Notes under the pieces: generated by a model | What the model was told of the DNA's origin: nothing | The model's input: only the letters and a program-made list of their open reading frames with translations | Database searches by the model: none | In this document: positions 10,900-25,194 of the stretch, piece by piece | Layout of the letters: each line of letters opens with the position of its first letter | Position numbering within the stretch: position 1 is the stretch's first letter | From: Sphaerodactylus townsendi | Taxonomy: Eukaryota | DNA length: 64,000 nucleotides | Direction: 5' to 3' | Assembly (NCBI RefSeq): GCF_021028975.2 | Contig: NC_059427.1 | Coordinates: 118,544,001-118,608,000, forward strand | Position numbers and translations under genes: made by a program

Positions 10900-11098
10900 T
10901 GGCTACCAGTCTCGATCCTCCTTGATCTCAGATTGCAAATGCCTTAGCAGACCAAGTGCTTGGGAGCAGCAGCAGCAGAAGGCCATTGCTTTCATATCCT
11001 GCATGTGAGCTCCCAAAGGCACCTGGTGGGCCACTGCGAGTAGCAGAATACTGGACTAGATGGACTCTGGTCTGATCCAGCAGGCTTGTTCTTATGTC
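10900..11098 (+). mobile_element. CR1-type LINE 3' end
   Basis: Ends GGACTAGATGGACTCTGGTCTGATCCAGCAGGCTTGTTCTTATG, a typical sauropsid CR1 3' terminus. Confidence 0.7.
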
Positions 11099-12314
11099 AT
11101 GAGTATACAGTTTCATGCTACATACTTAAAAACTAAAACTGGCTGAGTCTGAGATCAGCAGCAGCAGCATTGGGAAGTAGGAAGCTGGGCGAGGGAGGGG
11201 GGAGCCAAAGTAGGCTCTGCAGCAGAGACAAGGAGTCTCACTGGTCCCAGGATCATCATGTGCAGCACTTTGGGGGGGGGAGGGGGAGAGAGAAAGAGAG
11301 AGAGAGAAGATGGTATCCTCCCTCACTTGTCAGTATATCTAAGTCTCAACTTGGCCTGATCTGGAGATACTTAAACCCACAGACTGGGGCAAGGTAGAGA
11401 GAATGAAGATTTGCCTTTAAACTTGAAGGATCTCCAAAGTTTACAAAAAATTCTTTAAAAAATCTAAAATTCACCCAGATTAGATGGGGGAGAATCTCAG
11501 CAGCTAGACTGCATTACATCACCAAACTGTGGATGGGGAGCTGGTGGTAGTGGTGGTGCTACAGGCAGCGAAAGAGGAACCACCACTCCTGTGAGCATCG
11601 CCCTGGCCAGTCTCTTCAATGGAGAAAGAAAAAATAATTAGGCATGGGGAGAGAGAAAGACTGGAAGAGTAACAAGGTAGGAGAAGAGGTGGGGAAGGGG
11701 GGGAGAGAGGAGGGTTGACTTCCAGGGTGGAATGAGTTGTTATAGGTCTGTGCTTTTACACAGTCAGATTATTTGAACCTGATGCAGCACAATCAATGAT
11801 CATGTTCACTCTTGTTTACAAAACAGCAACATTTCTGTCAGAAGCAGATGTAGCAGTTTCTAGTATTCCTACAATCCTCATTAAAATGAAATGAGTAGTA
11901 TGAACTCCAGTAACTCTATCCTATCTATAGCTAATTTTAAAAGCAGCAATTACTATGGAAGCTTGTTTCTTTGCAAAAAGTTATACTTGCTAACCAAACC
12001 CATTAAAACAGGAAGAAACATATGGGCATATGTGATCAACAACCTCATATATGTATGCCTTATTTATGCAACTTGATCTATGTTTTCCTTTTATTTAAAA
12101 AAAACCCTTTGACATTTTTTCAATTTGTTTCTCAAAATATTGCCTTAATTGCAGTTATGAAAATAAACTTTTGCTCATGAAAACAGAATTCAAGGTTTTT
12201 TACTGGGGCTGAATTCTAAAGCATCCAGGATAGCGTACTGGTTAAAGTGTCGTACTAGGATCTGGGAAATCCAGGTTTGAGTCTCTGCTCATGCCACTAA
12301 ACTTGCTGGGAGGC

Positions 12315-12433
12315 CCGTGGTGGCGAACCTATGGGACTCCAAATGTTCATGGACTACAATTCCCATCAGCCCTTACCAGCAATGGGAATTGTAGCCCATG
12401 AACATCTGGAGTGCCATAGGTTCGCCACCACTG
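12315..12433. mobile_element. Palindromic hAT MITE (internally shortened)
   Basis: CCGTGGTGGCGAACC...GGTTCGCCACCACTG inverted termini. Confidence 0.85.
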
Positions 12434-12441
12434 CCCTAGGT

Positions 12442-12587
12442 CAGTGGTGGCGAACCTTTGGCACTCCAGATGTTAAGGACTACAATTCCCATCAGCCCCT
12501 GCCAGCATGGCCAATTGACCATGCTGGCAGGGGCTGATGGGAATTGTAGTCCATAACATCTGGAGTGCCAAAGGTTCGCCACCACGG
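12442..12587. mobile_element. Palindromic hAT MITE (full length)
   Basis: Fully palindromic 146 bp. 8-bp TSD CCCTAGGT at 12434-12441 and 12588-12595. Confidence 0.92.
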
Positions 12588-12887
12588 CCCTAGGTGAATC
12601 ACCCATTCTCAGACTAGCCTACTTTACAGACTTGTTGCAAAGATAAAACAGAGCAAAGAACTAAATAAACTGCTAATTTTTTTAAAGTATTGCTATGTAA
12701 TTTTCTAATATTTCTGTGAAAAGTTCAAACATACTTAAATTACTTTAAAACTATAGCTCCTAGACCTCATTACTCCTTCCTTGCATTGCTTAACTCTAAT
12801 TTCTGTTTGTCATAATTGCTTGGACAGAAAGGCCAAACCAGAGAGAGAACACAAGTAAATACTTTTTTTAAAAAAATAGACCAGCAC

Positions 12888-12998
12888 CTCAGGGATGAGG
12901 ACCACCAGCTCTGATTTCGAGTGTTGTCTTTCGTGCTCTTCTTGCTCGTCCGTAAACCTGTACTGTCGCACCGTGAATTTGGGGGGCGAATTGCACAT
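12888..12998 (-). CDS. METTL23: METTL23 coding exon 1 (N-terminal)
   Basis: MCNSPPKFTVRQYRFTDEQEEHERQHSKSELVVLIPE, donor GAG|GTGCTG. Phase 0 joins VLDPQYGMYVWPC. A further in-frame ATG is at 13031, and a candidate acceptor TTTCGTAGCAG is at 13151. Confidence 0.75.
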
Positions 12999-13669
12999 GA
13001 GAGCTCGTTTTGGGAAGACCTGGCGAACCATGTGGTGCCGCAGCGCTTCCCGTGAGTTTGCACACACTGCTTTGATAAAGCTTGGCTGAGGTTTAAATGG
13101 ACCACTCAAGCCCAGTTTGCGCTTGTGCCTTCAACATGTCCAACCCTCGCCTGCTACGAAAGGAAGAGGATGGCATGACGGAAAAGCATCCGAATGAGGG
13201 AGGTGGGTCCTTGGCAAAGAAGCTGCCCTGGGCTTTTTTTAACTCACGTAGACCCGTTTGGAATTAGCCGCACTTAGGACCCATCGTGAGTTTAGGCGCT
13301 CTTGGTTCTACATCAGCTGAAATTGGAAGTAGGAACTGTGCCGCTTTTTGTTTTGCAAAATCGTGACAGTGCTTCTAAGCATAGCCAGAACGCACCCCCC
13401 CCCCCCACGCCTAAAACCATGTGCACGTTTGGTAGGACCCTGTCCCAGTGAACGCTGGCTGTTAAGAGCATTGAGCTGGGGCGCACGGCACAGTGTACAC
13501 GACGATTTAAGCAAAAAGTTAAGCAAACAGATTATGGTCTTTGTATCTTCTTTCAGCCGTCACACGTTTCGAATTGCCGCTGTGCTTTCTGGCCCACCCT
13601 CGATCATCTCTTGCATTGCTAAAACCTGATCATAATCCCGTACATAGGCAAGAGCCTGCCTGTTCTTTT

Positions 13670-14490
<821 letters not shown>

Positions 14491-15082
14491 TAAATGAATT
14501 TTGGATGACTAGCTTTTAAATTTCTAGATTATATGGCCAAAAGGGGTTGTTTCAGTGGTAATCATCTGGGGTAAGCGAAGTCCTGCTATTGCAGGAACTG
14601 TGGATAGGGGATAAATGGGGAATGTATATTCTAGTTTGCTGGGTCCTTGTTTTATGTTGTGGTTGGAGACGGGCAGGTACTATGGAGGGCAAAGTATTTT
14701 ATCAAAGTTGTGGGAATCCATGATGCTAGTAAAATGGGAATAGGCTGCTAGCTCAAGAGATAAGTTGGAGATTTGATTGCTGAATGGAAAGAAATTAACC
14801 AATTTCACACCAGGGAAAGATCTAAATCAGGGCATTGCCCTTCAGCACTGACAGAAATTACACTTGCAACAGGTCAGAAGGTGAGACCTACTGGAAATAT
14901 CTCTAAGCAGAAAGATGCATGCTGAGGAAAAGGTGGAATACGGAATATGTTGTATATTGTAATCACAACTGTTTATCTTAATAGCTGGAATATAAGCCTG
15001 CCAATTTTTAACTTGGAGATCTGCAAAAAAAAATTGAAACCTCTCAGTGCAACCAGAGCCATGAGTCCTTTACAAACACGAG

Positions 15083-15280
15083 CGCTGCCTTTATACTGAA
15101 TCAGACCGTTGGTCCATCAGAGTGATTATCGTCTACTCAGAGGGGCAGCAGCTCTCCAGGGTCTCAAGCAGAGGCCTTTCACATCACCTGCTACTTGTTC
15201 TTTCTACTGGGAGATGACTGGATTGAGCCTGTTGCCTTCTGCATCCCACATGGATGCTCTGCCAATTGAACACGCTCCCC
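15083..15280 (-). mobile_element. tRNA-derived SINE with CR1-like tail
   Basis: GCTGCCTTTATACTGAATCAGACC...CAGCTCTCCAGGGTCTC...TTCTGCAT. Degenerate relatives lie at ~31795-31980, ~52060-52230 and ~58575-58750. Confidence 0.6.
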
Positions 15281-18200
15281 TTAGAGTAGGAAGAGAATAA
15301 CAGGATCACACGGGTCCAGGTTGTACAACTTTTTCCCACTCCTGTTGTGTGCCTTAACTACCTTGTATTTAGCAACTTTTGGTGGTTAAACACTGGACTT
15401 AATGATTTATTCATTTAACTTCTTGTGTGCTTGCATCCCCATATAATGGGAGGTTCCAATGACGGTATACCTAATCTGTACAAATTTCCCAAAATCAGTT
15501 ATGGGCATTTCTTGCTGAAATTAGGTATGTAGAAGAAAATATCCAGCAAGTGTGGGCTTCAGACACATGACATGCTGTTTTTTTCTGTTTACTAATGGTA
15601 CCATGCAAGGCATATCTTTCCTAAATCCCAAAGTATCTAGCTGAATTTTAAGGATATATGTGGATAAAGCCAAATGTATTTTTTAAAAAAACAGTTAGGA
15701 TGCTGTTACTCCCTGTTCTATGTTTAGCCCAGAAGCATTGGCATTTGGAGGAGATTTCATAAGTCCCTTCTCTGTAGTCTTGGAAGGCTAGAGTAGTGAC
15801 ACAAAATAGGCCTTGAGCTGTTGCAAAGGTACTTGCCATGTAAGGGAAAACCCAAGTCTCATATTGACAACCTTGTAACTTTTGAAGTAGAAAGATGCAG
15901 TATAAATAATTTACAGAAATGAGCTTCCTTGTGCCATATAAAGTCCTGTGTCTCCTGGGCAGTGGATAATGCAAGAAGATACCTGATTAGACTTCTTGTC
16001 TTGTTCTATTTGTTTGTGTCTGTAACACCACACTTTACATGGGCTGCCTCCATTTAAAACACAAATAGTAACTGTATCAAGAACATTTTTGTCTGTAGAA
16101 AGTATTGTAAGGCTGTGCTATAGTACTTAGGAATGTTTAGTTTGTAGTATGCCTTATCGAACTTGGTGCCACTCACTTTTGAATACATGTGCATAGGATG
16201 TCACGTGTTTCAGAATACATGTTATGTGTTGCAGACACATTCCCAAATCAGAGTATTTAGGCCTCCTTTGGCTGACTTAGTGAGGTACGGTATACAAGTG
16301 GAAAAAACTTGTATGTGGCTGATTATGCACAAGATGTCTGGTACGCAATGGAAGTGAATGTCCATTGGAGCAGTATTTCTTGTATGGACAAATTTCCTGG
16401 AGTCCCACTTTCCACTTTCCATTCTCTCCGCAGCAAGCGAGACCACTTCTAGTGTGACTTTTAATTTGCTTCACTGCCAGAGTGGGCAGATTTGCCAGTG
16501 AGCACCTCTTTGCCCCAGACATGTTCCCTCTGGCCACGGCCAGCCTACCTAACTTCACCCTTCCCACTCCCTTGCACTGCCATCCATACCTTCCATGTTG
16601 TTTGCTTCTTCCTGTTTCTCTGAATGCTCCTATAGAGATATCTCAGTAATAACAAAGAGGTCTTTTCCAAGGAAAGTACAAGCAGGGTCTCATTTTGGCT
16701 CCAACCTTTCACCCCTTCTCTACTTCTGCCCTCCCAGATAATGGGAGAGCTTTTAAAAACTTTTATTTCAAACACACCTTCATTTTAAAAGGATCCTCTC
16801 TCTTCTCCTGTGGAATCAGTAGTGGCAGGAAGTGTGTGTGTGTGTTTGTTTGAGAGGACGGGATGGGGATGGAGAGAGAATATCAGGTCTAGGAAATGGT
16901 CCCCTTTTTCACCAGCATGTGGTCCAGGGAATTGCTTTGCCTCTTTCATTTGTGGGGCAGGGGGAATAATTTTTGGAAAGTGGCTACGTTATAGATGTCA
17001 CAGGTATATAGATATAACTGCAATTTAAAGGGCTGTAACAACTCCCTTTATCTTGCAACTACTGGGTGTGATGAGAGCTGTGCCTTAAGGAATAAGTTGA
17101 TGGGCAGAGTTAAGAATAGAAGGAGCAGAGGTCCAAGAGAGTTCTCTGCAGAAAAACTGCGCAGTAGGAGTGAGTGCCTCCTCGCATTCAAACAGAAATG
17201 CAAGCAGATCCCACCACAAGCCAACTATGTAGCTAAAAGCCCTGAAGTAAGCATTTCATGTGTAATGGGCCACTGTGATCTTAAATACATAGTAAACTGT
17301 CCTGCTTACCACTTCAGACTGAGGAAGTATCTAATCAAGCCTTTTACTGCCATGTTTCCTTGATAATAAGGCAGCCTTGCATTAAATTTTTAGGGTTTAT
17401 TTTCAGGGGATGTCTTATTTTTTTGTGCCTCAGGGGTGTAGTGCCCAGGGGGAGGGGGCATTCCAGGGCATGGCAGAGACACAGAGCCCAGGGCAAAGTG
17501 ACCCCCAGGCCTGTCTGCCACAACACCCATAAGGCCATACACCCCTTCCAGGCCAGATTACACACAGGCCTGTTGGCTCTGTGTGTTTAAAAAGGTTGTT
17601 TTTTAGCAGTCATAGTCTTCCTTTGTGCTATATTTTAAGTTATGGAAATTATTAAATAATTATTAAATAATTATAAGTTATGGAAATTATTAAATAATTA
17701 AATAATTATAAAGGTTGTTTTTTAGCAGGCATGGTCCTGCCTTTGGGCTATATTTTAAGTTATGGAAATTGTTAAATAATTATTATTTGCATATTTAGCA
17801 AAGGTTTATGGTATGCTGTTAAAAAAAATCATTTTTATTGTTAGTTTTATATCCTGCCCATCCCAGAAGGGCTCAGGGCAGCAACAACATGTTAAACCTA
17901 CATTACAGTTAAAAATCATAATTCTAAAAATGCTCTCCATAACTTAAAAGATAGCCCAAAGGCAGGCCAGGCCTGCTAAAAGATGGTCTTTTTAAATACA
18001 GTTAGCCAGCAGGCCTGTGGTCTGAGGTCTGGCAGGGTGTGTGTGGCCTGGTATTTCTAAAGCCATTGTGATTCAGTGTAGAATAGAAATGTATACCTTT
18101 TCTTACTTGGTTTCTTCACTTGCTAAGCAGAAAAAATAACTTTCAGCATCAGGGTGGAGTATTTCAAAGTCCTGTGTACACAGAAGTGTTATTCAAATGG

Positions 18201-18790
18201 CAATATGTGTAACTATTCCTCCAGTTCACAGGATGATCTTGCATTTTACTTGAAGGTGCCAGTTAATATAAGCATGAGACATAATGCTGGTACTTTAATT
18301 ATTATGATCTTTCTGATTACATTAAGCATACAATACTACCTTTTACTGGACCATCTACTGCTTTTAAAAGATTGGATGATCCAATTAAAAACTTTAATCT
18401 GCACAGTATTTTTCCTGAGTAAGAAATGTTGGTATCATTTTTTTAAAAATCTGCCTTTGTGTTTCCTGGGGAGATCTTTAGAACAGGGGAATTAAGCAAT
18501 TTAGAACATTGATTGGAGTTTTGTTTATTTTTTGGTGATTGGCTGATTCAGAAACAAACCTTTTGGTTGAGCTGTGAGACTAACAGTGCAATCCAGTCTA
18601 ACCTCACACAGAATTAAATTGGAACCGGCAATCCCATGCACACATACCTTGGAACCAAACTCTTTAAGAAAAGGGAACTGACTTCTGAGAAAGCATGCTT
18701 GACGCTGCATTGAAAGATGACTAATACACTCTGTTGTGTTACTTTACACATTACCTTGATTTTAGGAGACCTTCTTCTCTCATCCTGCAG

Positions 18791-19179
18791 GACAATGCGG
18801 AAAGAGCAGACACCCTTCACTTGTCAGTGGAAGAATTCATTGAGCGATACGAAAAGCCTTACAGGCCCGTTGTCCTGTTGAACGCTCAGGTTGGATGGCC
18901 GGCTCTTGAGAAATGGACTCTAGAGCGCCTGAAGCGCAAGTACCGAAACCAGAAATTCAAGTGTGGGGAAGACAATGATGGTTATTCTGTGAAGATGAAG
19001 ATGAAATATTACATTGAGTATATGGAGACTACACGGGATGACAGTCCCCTTTATATATTTGACAGCAGCTATGGGGAACATCCTAAGCGCAGGAAACTCT
19101 TGGAGGACTACAGGGTGCCCAAGTTCTTCACAGATGACCTGTTTAAATACGCAGGAGAGAAGAGGAGGCCACCATACAG
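18791..19179 (+). CDS. JMJD6: JMJD6 exon 2
   Basis: CCTGCAG|GAC...TACAG|GTAGG. 389 nt. DNAERAD...[34 protein letters not shown]...RRPPYR. Confidence 0.99.
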
Positions 19180-19473
19180 GTAGGGGTAGAAATAGCAAAA
19201 ATGCTGTTGGAGAATGTTTTTCACAGTTTTATATAACCAATAAAGAGTGTTGTGACAGTTTTTCTTCATCTTACACGTTCACTGTAAGTGAACTGGAGTA
19301 TTGGTGTTGTGCTTTAATTTGGAAATGTTTAAAGGACTCTTCCAGTGATGACTACAGTTTGTTTGCTCATTGTGTTTGTGTGCTGAAGTAGTAGTCCACC
19401 AAGCAGACATTCAGAAATAGCTGGCATAGGGATCTTAAGGCTTTTGGCCAGTTGCCTAGAGGCAGTCTAAATC

Positions 19474-19730
19474 TACCTATGGGGCTGCCTCTCCCCATAT
19501 TGTTCCTCTAGATCCCTCTGTTCGTCGGGGCGGGGGGGCGGGATTTGCTGGACACTAGACAGGTCCGGCTGGCCACTACTTGGGCCAGAGCTTTTTTGGC
19601 CCTGGCCCCCACCTGGTGGAAAGAGCTCCCACCTGAGATCAGGGCCCTTCAGGACATTGGTGAGTTCCGCAGGGCCTGTAAAACCGAGCTCTTCCGCCAG
19701 GCTTTTATATCTTGCCAGCCAGCCTGAACA
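19474..19730 (+). mobile_element. L2-clade LINE 3' fragment
   Basis: Translates ...RAFLALAPTWWKELPPEIRALQDIGEFRRACKTELFRQAF, homologous to the end of ORF 55380-56216. Confidence 0.85.
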
Positions 19731-21554
19731 GACCACCATGACCTCCCATGGGTGTCTTTCAAGGGGTTTTAATAAAAAAATAAATTCTTACAATTCCAGT
19801 CATTCCTGATTAAAGCAGTTGAGGAAAAACATCTGCAGAGTTAGTGAATGTCAATCTGTATTGGTAACTTTAAGGTGCTTTCACACCCCTCTGAATGTTT
19901 CCCTTTGTTTGTTCAGTCTCTCTTCTGGAGTTCATCATTTAATAAAGATATTATACCCAGGATAATGGAACGGGTACATGTGCCAAAAACAATAAACAAT
20001 TCAGCTTTATATCCTGGAAAAATGACTTGTAAACATGACAGTTTCTGTGTTTATGCCTTTGGGGCTTATTCTGATCGTTTGCTTACTTGTTACCACTTGT
20101 TTTGGCAGGATAGTGCTCCTGTTGTACTGCTTGTGGTGTCTGATGCTCTTCTCTCTTTCATTTTTGAGACTTTAAAAAATTTGTCTACCAGTCAAGACAT
20201 TCCAACATTCTCATTGTTGCAGTGAATGTACTTGCCACATGAAAGCATCCCTTCACAAAAAAGATATGCTACAGACAGTTCAACAGGGTTTGTTTGTTTG
20301 TTAAAATTCTAATCGCTGTTAACTTGATGAAGGGACAGGTGTCTCCCTCCATTCTTTTCAATGCTATTAGTTTTCTTTATGGCTAAACTAACCATTGCAT
20401 TGGCCAGCTGTTGGACCCATGAATGCCAGCCATGCTTAAGAGATATTTGAGCCACTTAAAAATGCCACCAGGGCCTCCCATCCAGCAGGACCAGACAAGT
20501 TTTTTTTTGCAGTTACACTTCAGATGCACTTTTCTGAACCTCCTTCACCTTTATGCTGCTGCTGCTGCTTCTGTTGTTACTTTAAACTTATAGATGGGTT
20601 TGGCAGCAGCAATACCAGTAGTGGAATAATTCTACATCCATGAAAATGGTTAATTTTGAAGGAAAAGTATTTCCTGTTCCCTTCTTGTCAAAAGTTGATT
20701 TTTCCTCAGTTCATCCAGCATAATATTGGCTGGAGAACAGTGCAGGGTGCATGCATGTCCATACCCACCACTTAGCTTTAAGAACAGCTGTGGCGATTGC
20801 TCTAGTCTAGAATAACTCTGCCTGGTAGGCTAATAAGGTTTGTTTCAATGGGAGTGGAAGGGGAGTATTCTTGTTTCCTCCCATGCAAATTTAACAGTAT
20901 CTCAGCTCAGTCAGTGTTAATGTGGCTAGAAAATTATTCTGCTGGTCCTACCCCCTCCACCTAGTTTTCTCCTCTTTGTCATGCCTCTGCTTTATTTGAA
21001 GTGTAAAGGAATTGCTACTGCCGACCAGCTGGCAGACTTCCTCTGATCATATTCCACTAGGTTGAGGTGTCGTTGTATCGCCAGCATCTTTCAACAAAGA
21101 GATGGCCAGGAAGCAGCTATGTGTTATTTTCCTGCTTTCCTTTGATATTGTTTTTGTGCCTTTGCCATTTAATGGTTTGGCTGTCTTTCTGGTTTGGTTT
21201 CTGCCTTTGAGATGTATTCTTTAGCTTTATTTTCAGTTTACACTTTATTGCCAAAATTAGTGGGTTGGGTTTTTTAAAATTAGAACAGGATTTGCACTTT
21301 TTAAAGGAAACTTCCTTACCTCTACATCCTCCGTGACACCTTTGAACTCTGCTGGCATTTTTTCAGTCTTATTTCTACCCTTTCTGCATGAAGGGGCCAT
21401 AGGCTAGTGACAGAACATACAATTGGTATGTTGAAAGACCCAGACTTACCTTGACACTTGTGGCTAAAAGAAATTTGACTAGAAGAGCTCACCAGGACCT
21501 CTTGTCAAGTCCTTCAAGAGTATGTTCCAGCTAAGGTAGACAGAACAGAGCTAG

Positions 21555-22010
<456 letters not shown>

Positions 22011-22335
22011 TGACTTCTGGGTAAGTCAAATGAAGGTGTGGAAAAATTCACTTTTGGGGGGAGGTGGGTGTCCTCAAGCGTACATGCACAGTTCTCACTT
22101 TTCAAAATAAAGTGATATCCTAGGAATACTTTATAGGATTTTGTTTCACCATCCCTGTGTATGTTTAAAGTGGAGGATGCACAACATGTGTTTCACAGAG
22201 TAATTCTGAAATAAAGTAACAAACTGAGGAAAGAAGCTTAAGTGGAGGTGAAAGGAACCTGTAAAGATCAGGAAAGAAACCCGCGGATAATGTCTTCTGT
22301 AGCTCGCACCTTAGCTACTGGTATATGATAACAGA

Positions 22336-22475
22336 GGCTGATTCCGCATGGGCCAAAAACAGCGGTGTGAAAATGGTGTGAAAACAGTATAAACCCTTTT
22401 ATACCATTTTAAACCCTTTTACACCGTTTTCACACCATTTCCACACTACTGTTTTTGGCCCATGCGGAATCAGCC
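22336..22475. mobile_element. PIF/Harbinger-like MITE
   Basis: TIR GGCTGATTCCGCATGGGCCAAAAACAG...CTGTTTTTGGCCCATGCGGAATCAGCC. 3-bp TSD AGA. Confidence 0.85.
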
Positions 22476-23384
22476 AGAGAGATTGCCAGTGTATGTATAT
22501 AAAATAAAGTTTGTTTGCCAAGGTAAGCATCCACACCCTTGCTTCAGTTTCGTTCCTGACTTTGTTTTGGGGAAGCTGTTTCTTTGTTCTATTAATGACT
22601 TTCAAAACTTGTATGTGGGACTGACTGCTCTCAATCTGGAAGTGTCTGGTACGTGGGTAGAATTTGGTCCTGACAGGTAGGAGCAGAAGCAACAATAAAG
22701 TTGAACCTGGGTTTGGGTTCTAATACTGGGATAGGAGAGGCGTACAGAGAAGCAAGAGCAAACAGTTGTCATTATTGCAGCAGCTAATCCACCAGGTGGC
22801 TCTGACGCTTCCACCACCTTTCTCTTCTGGGTTGTACTGTTTTGTCTCCTCAACACAGCATAATTGAGCTGCTATGGAGGAACCAAACTCATATCCATGA
22901 GCTGGGATTAAGCTTAGTAGCCTGGTATCATCATGTGTGCTTGCATGGCGTACACAGTTCAAGTGTGCGTGGCTATTGAAGAAAATGATGGTGATTTGTA
23001 TTCAGAAAATTCTATCCATTGTACGACAGATTTCTGGCCTTCACATGTACAAATCTGTAAAATGAGCTAGATGTGTATTAAAACGACTGAAAATGGTTGA
23101 GCCAGTTTGTTCTGGTCTATTGGCTGTTACAGATGCAGGGACTTCATGCCCAAAAACTACTTGTAGTCTACTTTGTTGTTTTATGAGGTTCAGTTGACAC
23201 TGTTTGTCCTGTCTTTGAGCTTAGACATTTATCATAGGGAATGTGTGTCTGTTCAGTTAATTTTCTCCTCAGTACAAATCTATTCATCTTGATCTGTATT
23301 TTTTTAAATCCTTCAGTGGTATGGCTTTATTGGCAAAAGCCTTATGCCTAACCACACAGATTTAAATAGAGAGAAAAAAATATC

Positions 23385-23966
23385 CAGCCAGTGCTCCACC
23401 TGCTGCGTTGGCTCCAAGTGGAGTACCAAATCGGATTCATGGTTTTGGTGCTCACCCTTTAATGCCCTTAACAAGCTTTTGCCTCTCCAGATACACTCCT
23501 GAAAGAACTTCACACTCAGTAAATAACAACCTACTGGTGACACCTGGCCCAAAAGCAGTCTGGCTGACATTGACCAGGACCAGGAGTTTCTCAGCCCTGG
23601 CCCCAGCCTGATATAATGCTTTGTCAAATGAGACCAGGGCCCTGTGGGACTTGCCACTGTTTTGCCACGCCTAGAAGATGGACCTATTCCATCAGGCCTG
23701 TGGCTGAGGACAGCAACAGTATTATATCTGTTTGGCCTCCCCTCTCCCTTTCCCCTTCCTACCAATCCGATTTTCTCCCCCCCCCCCTTTTTTTTCCCTC
23801 TTTTTTCCCCAAGCCAGTTTGAATAGAGTTGTGGGAATGTTTTTATCATTCCTCCCATTACAATGTTGTACTGTAAATATTAATTTTATGATTTTACTGT
23901 ATCATGTTTTTATGTTTTCCTGAACCCACATGGGGAAGGGCATCTTATAAATTCAATTAATAATAA
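23385..23966 (+). mobile_element. Older L2-clade LINE 3' fragment
   Basis: Degenerate PVLHLLRWLQVEYQIGFMVLVLTF...TRTRSFSALAPA, ending GGGGAAGGGCATCTTATAAATTCAATTAATAATAA. Confidence 0.75.
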
Positions 23967-25194
23967 TCTCCCTTTTCTGTTCTAAGCCCACTCTAGTTAT
24001 AAAAGTTTTTCATTTTTAATTTTATGCTGAATTAAAAGATAAGTGGTCAAGGAGTTAGTAATATTCAGAACCTTATCCCTGAGAAGAGAGGAAAACCTTT
24101 GATCTTTACTCATAAACTCATTTCCCTTTAGCAATAGGGGTTATCCATCTCTCTTTAACTCCACTAAATAAAGGGCATTCAAGGATTAAGTGAGACAATG
24201 TACCCATCTTCCCCATGTTAAAAAAGCACCAATGTTATGAAAAGGGTCTTCTGCAAATCAGCTTTTCTTGATTTTGATTAAAAAAGAAAACAAGGTTACA
24301 GAAGGCTGTTTAGAAATGGATCTCTTGCATTTGAGCTTAGGTAACATGCTATAATTGCTAAACCCTTCTGCATTCTTGGTTTAAAATGTTGTACTGAACC
24401 AAAAAAACTACTGTTGAACAGGCTAGAACCATAAGATCAGAAATAAAAAACCAGGCACTTGTGCTTCCGTTTTTTGTATGCTGTTTGAAACCCATTGTCT
24501 GTTCTTTCTTGCCTGATATTGTTTAGATTTTTATTTTGTGAAACATAAGTATATGAGTGTCAGCTTATTATACAAACAGGATGTTAACTGACATATAGCC
24601 TGATCATATTTTTGTTTTCTTGGGTTTGTAGAACTGGAGCCTGAGGAATGTCATCTGTAGGTGTATAGAATGAGCTAGAAGGCAGTTTGTATGAACAGAA
24701 TGTTTGATGAACAGCAATTAGTAATTGCTTGTAGAAGCTGTATATCCATCCACTAGTTACTAAAATGTCATTGTCCTCCCCCCATCCCCCCCACACACAC
24801 TTTTAAATCTATGGTTCTGTTGGTCAGCTAGTCTGAATTTTTATGGCAAGTTGGTTTAAAAATAATATTTATTTTCTCTCAGGAGCCCCACATACGAATT
24901 CTGTGTTTCTGCAGAATTAACTTTGACAACACTGGAGCTGGCAAGCTGATGCTTGTTTCTCTTTTCTTGTGGGGTAATCTTGTATCTGTGGTTCCCAACC
25001 TGGGATATACTGAGCACCTTATTCAGTTCTCTTATGATTGCTGTATTCTCAACAGCTAAGGAAATGATCTACATTTGTGTGTGTGTTTGAGATAGCTATA
25101 GCAACTCTTTTTATTTTAGGACACTTTCTTTTGATTCTTTAACATAGTGGGATATCCCTCATTTTCTGTTCATGAAACTTTTTAAGAAAACTTG

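Larger units (their letters stand above)
12222..12660 (+). mobile_element. tRNA-derived SINE (Squam3/MIR-like) interrupted by two MITEs
   Basis: A/B-box-like head TAGCGTACTGGTTAAAGTG...CCAGGTTTGAGTC. The body resumes after 12595 (CTAGCCTACTTTACAGACTTGTTG). A related copy is at 42207-42395. Confidence 0.7.
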
